Shown here one piece after another: positions 49,241 to 57,237 of a DNA stretch of 64,000 bases; position 1 is the first letter of the stretch; each line of letters opens with the position of its first letter. The DNA is taken from assembly GCA_034669905.1 (NCBI GenBank), contig JAXMOL010000013.1:1-64000 (forward strand). Direction: 5' to 3'. Made by a program: the position numbers and the translations under genes. Source of the DNA: Candidatus Hydrogenedentota bacterium (GTDB lineage: Bacteria > Hydrogenedentota > Hydrogenedentia > Hydrogenedentales > JAEUWI01). The notes below the pieces were generated by a model. That model did no database searches, had not been told where the DNA came from, and worked only from the letters and a program-made list of their open reading frames with translations.

Positions 49241-49939
49241 TCATGGCGCCGTGTAAATCATCCAGAGCCCTCCAAGAATCACCAGGACGCCACTGGTCTT
49301 TTTTACGAGGACAGAACCGTTGCTCCGATCATTCCAGTTCAGGTAGCGCTGAATAAGCTCGGTGAAGGTGCCCGCGAAAATGATTACGGAGCAGTGGCCC
49401 ACACCGTACATCAAGAGCAAAAAGAGACCGTAGGCGAGATCGGTAGCCGCGAGTTTGAAGGTCAGACCCAGCATGGGTGCCATGTAGGCGAAGGTGCAGG
49501 GGCCCAAGGCCAGGCCAAAGACCAGGCCCAGAAGAAAGGCCGCAAGGGCTCCTCTTTGCTTCATGCCTACCTGGCCCGTACCGGACCAGGGCATGGGGAA
49601 GACATCGAGTAGGTGCAGGCCGACCAGGAGGAATAGTAGGGCGACAACGTAGTTTCCGTACTGGCCTACGTCGCCCAACATTCGCCCTGCCGCGGCCGTA
49701 ATGACGCCAATCAGGGCGATGGTGACCAGAATGCCCACCGCGAACAGCGTCGAGATGAAGAAGGCGCGTTGGGTACGCATCCGCCCTTGATCGTCGATGA
49801 AGCCGACAATCAGAGGGATGCTGGCCAGGTGGCAGGGACTCAGCAGGATACTGAGGATTCCCCAGAGGAAGGACGCTGCGATGGCGACGAGTGCGCTTCC
49901 CTCGATGGCCTGACTCAGGGCAGTGAATAATGATTGCAT
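49241..49939 (-). CDS. ccdA: CcdA/DsbD-type transmembrane disulfide reductase
   Basis: LSPCHLASIP and LGPCT Cys pair; about 6 TM helices. Confidence 0.88.
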   Translation of the reverse strand: MQSLFTALSQAIEGSALVAIAASFLWGILSILLSPCHLASIPLIVGFIDDQGRMRTQRAFFISTLFAVGILVTIALIGVITAAAGRMLGDVGQYGNYVVALLFLLVGLHLLDVFPMPWSGTGQVGMKQRGALAAFLLGLVFGLALGPCTFAYMAPMLGLTFKLAATDLAYGLFLLLMYGVGHCSVIIFAGTFTELIQRYLNWNDRSNGSVLVKKTSGVLVILGGLWMIYTAP

Positions 49940-50005
49940 TTGCGATTACCCCTCGTATTTTGCTTGTGTGATTAAGGATGAAACGACTGGCGCTTCCGGT
50001 GCGGG

Positions 50006-50587
50006 TTAGTGCGTCGGGACACCAGAATTCTCTGCCGATAGCTTTGGGGCTTCGACGCTTGTGTCCTCCTGGGACGGTGAATCAAGATCGACTCCCAGCT
50101 CTTTCCACTTCGCGAGGATGTCTTCTTTCGATAAGAATCCTTGATGGCGGAAACGTTCCACGCCGGAGGCGTCATAGAAGATTTGTGTCGGGATTATCTG
50201 CACCCCGTATTCTTCTCCCGCAGACGGGTCTTTCCAGACGTCAATGAAGTGAACCTCAAGCTCTTGCGCATAATCGTTCCGCAGCTCTTCGAGGATGGGT
50301 GCCATCATCCTGCAGGGGACGCAGGAGTCCGCGCCAAGGTCGACGAGGCGCGGGCGTATCTCGTTATCCAGAGAAGTGCTCAGCGCCTCATGCCCAGGAT
50401 CTGATTCATCGATATGCACCTGGGCCAACGGCGCCGGGTGGTCTATACGGGAACCCTCGGGCGCGCGTTGCCCTTGTTTGGCATAGAGAATCGTTCCTGC
50501 CGCGATGAGTACGAGCAACACAATGCCTGCCTTTGATACGCGGTCTCGGCCGGTCGGGCCATTATCTTTTGTCGTTTTTTCCGTCAT
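50006..50587 (-). CDS. Membrane-anchored thioredoxin-family protein
   Basis: TM anchor; DLGADSCVPCRMM, IIPTQIFYD, RHQGFL. Confidence 0.88.
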   Translation of the reverse strand: MTEKTTKDNGPTGRDRVSKAGIVLLVLIAAGTILYAKQGQRAPEGSRIDHPAPLAQVHIDESDPGHEALSTSLDNEIRPRLVDLGADSCVPCRMMAPILEELRNDYAQELEVHFIDVWKDPSAGEEYGVQIIPTQIFYDASGVERFRHQGFLSKEDILAKWKELGVDLDSPSQEDTSVEAPKLSAENSGVPTH

Positions 50588-50721
50588 AGGTCTTCTCCTC
50601 AGTAGCCGGACTTCCAATGGAAGCGCTGCACCTGGCCCACTATCACAACGTACTGCCCGGCTACGGTTTCGTCTTTACGACAGCGCGGTATATCCGCGCT
50701 ATCCCTTCAGGGGGCCCGTCG

Positions 50722-51411
50722 CTATCTTCGAAGCAGGCCGGCCATTTCGGCCACCCGGCGTCCAAGATTGTCAGCGGTTTGTCCACCAAATTCGTCTTCC
50801 GCGATGGTGTCGTTCTGGCTCCACAGGGTGGCACCTATCCGGGCCGTGGGTTGGCCGTCGCCCACGATGATCATGTCCTGGCACAGGAGCGCCGTCTGAA
50901 TGGAGCGGATGGTCAGTTCCTGGCCACCATTACGGGCCGCCCCGACGGCCAATACACCCGCGACCTTGTTTCGCAACAGGAACCCGCCTGACCGAAACGC
51001 GCCGCAACGATCCAGGAAGGCCTTGCACAGGGCGCTCATGTTGCCGAAGTAAACGGGGGAGCCGACAATGATGCCGACGACGGCCGGGTCACTCAGTTGC
51101 TCCACGAGCGCTGGAAAGTCGTCCACCTCACCCTCCCGGAGGGGTTGGCCTGCTGCCAGCTGGGCGGGAATGCTCAGGGCGGCCAGTTCAATGAGTTCGG
51201 TTTCGATGCCCGGAGCCCCTTCCCGGGCGGCTTTGAGGCACCGGGTCAGCGCGGCGGCGGTGGTCTTGCCCGCACGTGGACTGCAACTGATTCCAACGAT
51301 CTTCTGTTGTTGGGCCCCTTCCTTGGCCATGGCCGTGCTTCCCAGCGTTCCCGCGACCGCTGCGACACCCGCAGCACCTATCATTGCTCTGCGTCCGATT
51401 TTGTGTGACAT
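50722..51411 (-). CDS. Flavodoxin-fold / NAD(P)H-dependent FMN reductase family protein with twin-arginine signal peptide
   Basis: MSHKIGRRAMIG..AMA|K; GISCSPR..T, GSPVYFGNMS, FLDR, RNGGQE. Confidence 0.85.
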   Translation of the reverse strand: MSHKIGRRAMIGAAGVAAVAGTLGSTAMAKEGAQQQKIVGISCSPRAGKTTAAALTRCLKAAREGAPGIETELIELAALSIPAQLAAGQPLREGEVDDFPALVEQLSDPAVVGIIVGSPVYFGNMSALCKAFLDRCGAFRSGGFLLRNKVAGVLAVGAARNGGQELTIRSIQTALLCQDMIIVGDGQPTARIGATLWSQNDTIAEDEFGGQTADNLGRRVAEMAGLLRR

Positions 51412-51482
51412 CGTAGTACTCCTTTTCGTGTTGCGTTTCGTGGGGGAGGCCCGGTGACGGCGCCACCCGTTCAACGGTAAAT

Positions 51483-51719
51483 CTACTGACCGAGCAGTAC
51501 CTTGGCCTCTTCCAGGCTGGGCAGTTTGCCCGCGCTCTTCACCTCACCGTCTACGACCAGCGCCGGTGTGACCATGACGCCGAAATTCATGATGTCGTTA
51601 ATGGCGGTCACCTTCTCGAGTTGATAGTCGAGGCCCAGTTCCTTCGCGGCGGCTTCCGCAGTCTCCGTGAGCTTCTGGCATTTGGTACAACCGGTTCCGA
51701 GAATTTTCAGTTCCTTCAT
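51483..51719 (-). CDS. Small redox-active disulfide protein (MTH895-like thioredoxin)
   Basis: KILGTGCTKC, GVMVTPALVVDG. Confidence 0.92.
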   Translation of the reverse strand: MKELKILGTGCTKCQKLTETAEAAAKELGLDYQLEKVTAINDIMNFGVMVTPALVVDGEVKSAGKLPSLEEAKVLLGQ

Positions 51720-51784
51720 TGGACGAACTCCTTTTTTTTCCGCGAACGACAATTCGTTGCGCGGTTCCTTTACGGGGGCTCCCG

Positions 51785-53086
51785 TCAGGAAACAAACAAT
51801 CCAAACAGCATGCCGCTGAGGGTGGCCATGACGATGACGAGGGCGACGAATACGACGGTCTTTTTGGTGCCCAGCACGCTTCGAATGACCAACATGTTCG
51901 GCAGGCTCAGGGCCGGTCCAGCCAGCAGGAGCGCCAGCGCCGGACCCTGTCCCATGCCGTTGCCGATCAGGCCCTGAAGAATGGGCACTTCCGTCAAGGT
52001 GGCGAAGTACATAAAGGCCCCGACGACGGAGGCAAAGAGGTTGGCCCACAGCGAATTGCCGCCCACCAGCGAGGCCACCCATTGGGAAGGGAGCAAGCCC
52101 TCTTCACCGGGCCGTCCGAGCAAGAGGCCAGCCAACAATACGCCGAAGAAGAGCAAGGGCAGAATCTGCTTTGCGAAAGTCCAACTCGACTCGAACCAGG
52201 ACTGCATCTCCTCCTCTTCGGTGTTGGCAATATAGGAGAGGCCCAGCACGCCGAGGCTGAAAGGCAGGAGGGGAGTGTGGGGAACCAGCAGTGCGGCGGC
52301 GCCGACGATTACCGCCGTCGCCAACACTTTCCACCAGCGCACCCCAAACCAGGCGATTAGCATCGCCCCCAGGCTGAGGGAGGCCGCTGCGGTGAGGCCC
52401 CACTTCGCGGAATAGATGGCGTTCCACAGGCCTTCGGACGTGTCTGGTTTTCCCCAGTTCGAGAAGACAAGGATGCAGACCATGGAAGCGAAGTACAGCA
52501 TGTTCTGCCAGAGCGGCCGAGCGACGTCTGCCTCCGGCATCGCCGCCGCCGCCTTGGTCTTTTCCAGTTCCTCTTTCCGGAAGATCAGGTGCATGAGGAG
52601 GCCGATGATAATACTGAAGGCGATGGCCCCCACCGCGCGGGCAATGCCGAGTTGGAGACCCAATATGCGTGCCGTCATGACAATGGCGAGCACATTGATT
52701 GCCGGCCCGGAGTAGAGAAAGGCGACCGCTGGCCCCAGTCCGGCGCCCATGCGGTAGATGCCGGCAAAGAGGGGCAGGACCGTGCAGGAACAAACCGCCA
52801 GGATACTTCCCGATACGGAGGCTACCCCGTAGGCGAGTACTTTGGGCGCCTGGGCCCCCAGATACTTCATGACCGATGCCTGGCTGATGAAGACCGCGAT
52901 GGCCCCGGCGATGAAGAAGGCCGGAATCAGGCAGAGCAGTACATGTTCCCGGGCATACCACTTGACCAGGTGTAAGGACTCCATAACCGCATGGTCAAAG
53001 CGCGCCCCGCCCACGGGGAGATAGCAGCAAAGGAGAAAGGCGGCCACGAGCCCAGCCAGTATTTTCCACTCTTTTTTCCATTCCAT
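51785..53086 (-). CDS. arsP: ArsP/DUF318-family permease
   Basis: AVCSCTVLP, FLYSGPAIN, MYFATLTEVP, LLAGPALSLP; lies downstream of ArsR. Confidence 0.85.
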   Translation of the reverse strand: MEWKKEWKILAGLVAAFLLCCYLPVGGARFDHAVMESLHLVKWYAREHVLLCLIPAFFIAGAIAVFISQASVMKYLGAQAPKVLAYGVASVSGSILAVCSCTVLPLFAGIYRMGAGLGPAVAFLYSGPAINVLAIVMTARILGLQLGIARAVGAIAFSIIIGLLMHLIFRKEELEKTKAAAAMPEADVARPLWQNMLYFASMVCILVFSNWGKPDTSEGLWNAIYSAKWGLTAAASLSLGAMLIAWFGVRWWKVLATAVIVGAAALLVPHTPLLPFSLGVLGLSYIANTEEEEMQSWFESSWTFAKQILPLLFFGVLLAGLLLGRPGEEGLLPSQWVASLVGGNSLWANLFASVVGAFMYFATLTEVPILQGLIGNGMGQGPALALLLAGPALSLPNMLVIRSVLGTKKTVVFVALVIVMATLSGMLFGLFVS

Positions 53087-53108
53087 GGTCGTACTCCTTA
53101 TGCGTGTG

Positions 53109-53130
53109 TATTTGGCAAAATAAACAAATA
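53109..53130. promoter_or_regulatory. Candidate ArsR operator upstream of arsP
   Basis: TATTTG-N10-CAAATA inverted repeat. Confidence 0.55.
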
Positions 53131-53156
53131 GTCGGGCTAAAAAAAGGCCCCTGACG

Positions 53157-53483
53157 CTAGGCCTCGTTCAACACGGCCATCTGATCCTTGGCGTTACTCT
53201 CCAGCACCGTCTCAATGCATCCGAAAAGATTAAGAATACAGGGGATGCGTAAGGTGTAGAAGACCTGGAGGCCGCGCTTTTCGTCCTTCACGATGCCCGC
53301 ACCCTTCAGCACCCGGAGGTGACGGGACACGGTGGACGTATCCATGCCCACCAGGTCGGTCAACTCGCAAACACAGCGTTCCCCCTTGGCCAGCTCTTCC
53401 ACCATATAGAGTCGCGCGGGATGTCCCAGCGCCTTGAAGATTGCTGCCCGTGCCGCGGACCGTGCTTGTACCTGTGCATCCAT
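53157..53483 (-). CDS. arsR: ArsR/SmtB-family transcriptional repressor
   Basis: FKALGHPARL, ERCVCEL, STVSRHLRVLK.AG, VFY.L; extra C-terminal Cys pair. Confidence 0.92.
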   Translation of the reverse strand: MDAQVQARSAARAAIFKALGHPARLYMVEELAKGERCVCELTDLVGMDTSTVSRHLRVLKGAGIVKDEKRGLQVFYTLRIPCILNLFGCIETVLESNAKDQMAVLNEA

Positions 53484-53505
53484 GTTCTTTTCCTTAGTGG
53501 TTGTC

Positions 53506-53527
53506 TACTTGGTATTTTAGCCAAGAG
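53506..53527. promoter_or_regulatory. Candidate ArsR operator upstream of arsR
   Basis: TACTTG-N10-CAAGAG (core CTTGG-N8-CCAAG); same spacing as the site at 53109. Confidence 0.55.
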
Positions 53528-53604
53528 GTTGGATTTTGTCAATCCCAATCCGTTTCTCGGAAGAATCGTCGGTGGACCTGCGGGACACGGTATTCGTCTG
53601 TAGG

Positions 53605-54855
53605 CTCGTTCCCACACAGCGCATGAGAATGAGGGGAAAATGGAACGGACTTTCAGCCCTGACCGTCTTTTGATGCGGGTACTCCTGGGGCTTTGCCCCA
53701 GGCTGGTTTGGGACGCGCCGTTGGCGCTAACAATAAACCCTTGTCACGGGTCTGCAGCGCGCATAGGGCCAAAGGCCTGGCAACATACCAGCATGGGGCG
53801 GAGCCCCATGTTTACGGTTTCCCCATGCATAAAGGGCTGAAGGCCTGTCTCAACCTTGAGCTCGTCACATGGTGACGAGGGGGGGATAAAACGCCGTGCC
53901 ACGGGATCCGGTCTAAGCCGGTTCGTGTGCGTGGAGGGGCGTAACACGGGTCTAGCCAGGAAAAGATTCCTGGGTGGGCGCAATATGGTACCCGTCCAGA
54001 CGCTATCGGAGGTGGTAGGCACGAACTCCGTCAGGACGCGTTGAAACGCACCTTTTTTGGCCCCCCCCCGGTACGTTGGTTGGCTAAAACTTGGCTAAAA
54101 GAGGGACCCTAAAATCGTTTCTACGCGGCGCATGGGAACCAGGGGAAAATGGAACGGGCTTTCAGCCCTGACCGTCTTTTGATGCGGGTACTCCTGGGGC
54201 TTTGCCCCAGGCTGGTATGGCACGCGCCGTTGGCGCTAACAATAAACCCTTGTCACGGTTCCGCAGCGCGCATAGGGCCAAAGGCCTGGCAACATACCAG
54301 CATGGGGCGGAGCCCCATGTTTACGGTTTCCCCATGCATAAGGGGCTGAAGGCCTGTCCCAACCATGAGCTCGTTCCCACGCGGCGCATGGTGACAAGGG
54401 GGATAAAACGCCGTGCCACGCGATCCGGTCTAAGCCGGTTTGTGTGCGTGGAGGGGCGTAACACGGGTCTGGTATGGCACGCGCCGTTGGCGATCATAAA
54501 TTGAACCTTGTCACGGGTCTGCAGCGCGCATAGGGCCAAAGGCCTGGCAACATACCAGCATGGGGTGAAGCCCCATGTTTACGGTTTCCCCATGCATTAA
54601 GGGCTGAAGGCCTGTCCCAACCTTGAGCTCGTCGCATGGTGACGAGGGGGGATAAAACGCCGTGCCACGCGATCCGGTCTAAGCCGGTTTGTGTGCGTGG
54701 AGGGGCGTAACACGGGTCTGCAGCGCGCATAGGGCCAAAGGCCCGGCAACATACCAGCATGGGGTGAAGCCCCATGTTTACGGTTTCCCCATGCATAAAG
54801 GGCTGAAGGCCCGTTTCAACCTTTGGCTCGTTCCCATGCGGAGCATGGGAATGAG
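53605..54855. repeat. Mosaic array of palindromic REP/BIME-like modules
   Basis: Module A (53640-53728, 54149-54237, partial 54470-54492); module B, roughly the reverse complement of A (53765-53853, 54274-54362, 54532-54620, 54731-54819); module C (53882-53953, 54399-54470, 54648-54719); bounded by CTCGTTCCCA...GAATGAG hairpins. Confidence 0.9.
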
Positions 54856-54881
54856 TGAAATTTCGTTTCGAAACGTTACCC

Positions 54882-56837
54882 TCAATGTACCACCTCCAAC
54901 ACATCCACGGGCACCGCGCCGTCGATGTTGCGGATCACAATGGCGCTGCCCGTTGTCTTCAGGTCGGTGATGGTCAGCAGGGGCTGGGAGTTTTCCAACG
55001 TGTCCTTTTTAAAATTCACGCGGCCTTGGGGCACGCCATCGAGATAGACGTCGGCGCTGCCGTAGTCCGGACCTTGGGGTGCCCAGAGTGTGGCGGTGCG
55101 GCCTTGGACGTTCCATTTGGCGCGCACGTCTGGCGCGATGGAGACCACGCCCACGCCGTAGCGGAAGTGGGGGCCCTCTACCGGTTTCCAATCCGCCTTC
55201 CGCTGCGCGGCGCCCAATTGGGCTTCGGAGTGTAGATAGACGGTGTGGGCGGGTGCAGGCGTCCCGGTCACGGCGAATTGGGTGACGTAAGCCTGACTGA
55301 ATTTGTCGGCCACCAGGCCCAGGGCCCCTTCGTTGGTGGGAAGGGCACCGGACCAGACGGCCTCGCCGTGGATTGAAAGGGTGGCCGTTCCTTCCGTATC
55401 CCACGCGATGGCGCAGGGGAGGGGGCCGGGCGTGGTGATGGCTTTCTCCGCGATGGTGGTGGCTTCGCCCTCGGGGTTCACGGTGATAAGCGCCCAGGAA
55501 TCGGGCGTCAGGCGGAGTCCGGCATAGTCGCCGCGCATCAGGGGGTGGAGCGTGGCGCCCGACGCGGGGTTATTGGGACCCACGGGACCTTGCGCATTCC
55601 AAGCCAGGGTCACGGTCCCGTGCACGTCCAGGGTCGCAACAATTTTCTCCACGGTGCCGCCCTGTTTGAGGCGGACGAAGCTCGGACCTTCGTGACCGCT
55701 GACGTGAAAGCCCTGGTCCCGATAGGGCTGTACCCACGGTCGGGAAGCCACATTGATGGTGCCCATCCCCTCGCTGTCGCGGGAGGGAAACATGACCCGG
55801 AACATGCCGTCGTCGTCGATGAAGCCCGAGATGGTTTGGCCCCAGATACCGCGGTGTTCATGTTCGACGGGCTCGGCGTGCCAGACGGATCCATGTTGGA
55901 ATATGGACCATGCTTTCGGGTCCAGGGCTTCTTCCAGGGGCGCGCGCCAGAGCATTTGAAAGTTGCGGTTCAAGGCCACGGCGGTGGCGGGGGCGTAGAC
56001 ATAGCCCTCGTGGACGAAGGCGGGGTGGAACTCCATGAGGGGCGGGTGAAAACCGTCCTGCTCGGGATAGAGCAAGAGCTTGGCAGGGGTGTAGGGGCCT
56101 TCCGGCGTGGTGGCGGTCATGCCCAGGTAGGCCCAGCCATAGTGGAGGCCCGAGTCGGTGAGGGTAAGGACCAGCCAGTCGTCCTTACGACGGAGGATGG
56201 TGGAGGCATACATGCGTTTATACTTGCCCTCGAGGAGGGGCTGGTCGCGCGTCGTGGCAACGGGGACGGCGGTCCGGTGGTAGGGGCCCTCTGGGCGATC
56301 GGCCCAGGCATAGCCCACGCCGCTGTTGGAATCGGGGCCGGGTGTGGCCGCGTTTTTCCACGTGGTACTCCGGGTCGACCAGTCATAGCTCATGTGATAT
56401 CGGCCGTCGTGATAGACCACGGCCACATCGGGCGCGGTCCACATGGGGGACGTCTCGCCATCGAAGGTGTGTATTTCCGGTGGGAACACGGGCCCCATAT
56501 CTTCCCAATTCGCGCCGTGATCCGTTGAGCGGTACACCGTGGCGCGGGAGGGGTGGGCGTCGTCCCGTCGGTAGCCCGTGCGATAGTGACCCACGAACAA
56601 GAACCAGTCGCCACTCACAGGGTCCTCGAACAAGGAGCCATTCACCGGCCATTCATAGGGCGCGGCACCCCGGTGAATCGGGTTCTGCGGGTGGTGGGTG
56701 AAGCTATCGAAGGACGCATCGCCATAGACCGGATGAGACAGCCACGCCTCGCGCTGGGCAAGATTCGCATAATCGACCGTCGTTGCCGCCACGGCCGGGA
56801 GTCCCAGCAAGAACATTAGTACACACAAATTCCGCAC
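54882..56837 (-). CDS. Secreted glycoside-hydrolase-like protein (GH43/32-like five-bladed propeller plus beta-sandwich domains)
   Basis: Signal peptide; HHPQNPI, STDHGANWEDMG, APDV, ADRPEGPY, TPEGPY. Confidence 0.6.
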   Translation of the reverse strand: MRNLCVLMFLLGLPAVAATTVDYANLAQREAWLSHPVYGDASFDSFTHHPQNPIHRGAAPYEWPVNGSLFEDPVSGDWFLFVGHYRTGYRRDDAHPSRATVYRSTDHGANWEDMGPVFPPEIHTFDGETSPMWTAPDVAVVYHDGRYHMSYDWSTRSTTWKNAATPGPDSNSGVGYAWADRPEGPYHRTAVPVATTRDQPLLEGKYKRMYASTILRRKDDWLVLTLTDSGLHYGWAYLGMTATTPEGPYTPAKLLLYPEQDGFHPPLMEFHPAFVHEGYVYAPATAVALNRNFQMLWRAPLEEALDPKAWSIFQHGSVWHAEPVEHEHRGIWGQTISGFIDDDGMFRVMFPSRDSEGMGTINVASRPWVQPYRDQGFHVSGHEGPSFVRLKQGGTVEKIVATLDVHGTVTLAWNAQGPVGPNNPASGATLHPLMRGDYAGLRLTPDSWALITVNPEGEATTIAEKAITTPGPLPCAIAWDTEGTATLSIHGEAVWSGALPTNEGALGLVADKFSQAYVTQFAVTGTPAPAHTVYLHSEAQLGAAQRKADWKPVEGPHFRYGVGVVSIAPDVRAKWNVQGRTATLWAPQGPDYGSADVYLDGVPQGRVNFKKDTLENSQPLLTITDLKTTGSAIVIRNIDGAVPVDVLEVVH

Positions 56838-57237
56838 GAGATATATCCACCTTTCCCAAGGTTCGGGGCTATAGATTCAGGAGGGGCATTCTACCAGTGG
56901 GCCACCACCATTAAATACCTTCCAGTGAGCCCATCTATTAGGGGCTTCCTCCTTCTCTGGCGTTACCCGTGGGAGTTCGGGCGGGGCCGCTATCCGCTGG
57001 CTTTCTGTCCCCCTTGAATGGCGCCCCGCTATCGGGCATGCTGCTGAACGGTTATCCGTTGTAATTTCTTCCGCCTGGAAGACCTGTCATGGGCCCCATT
57101 GGCCCATCGGATGACCGCTAAAGGGTAGGCAGTGTTTGCATGAATTTCATGAAAGCAACGGAAGACACCGCAGCCCCGCTTTGTGACGCGGGTGCCGTGG
57201 GTGGGGCAGGTTCTATCGACATAGGGAAAGAAACAGG

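Noticed and set aside
51720..52082. 199-aa version of the small thioredoxin
   Set aside because: The extension overlaps arsP in another frame; the RBS (AAGGAG) and family length support the start at 51719.
53605..54855. CRISPR array interpretation of the repeat region
   Set aside because: Modules are 70-90 nt, occur in both orientations, lack regular unique spacers, and no cas genes are in the window.
53640..54970. Short repeated ORFs (60-136 aa) across the repeat array
   Set aside because: They are by-products of the repeated palindromic DNA in several frames, with no RBS or recognisable domain.
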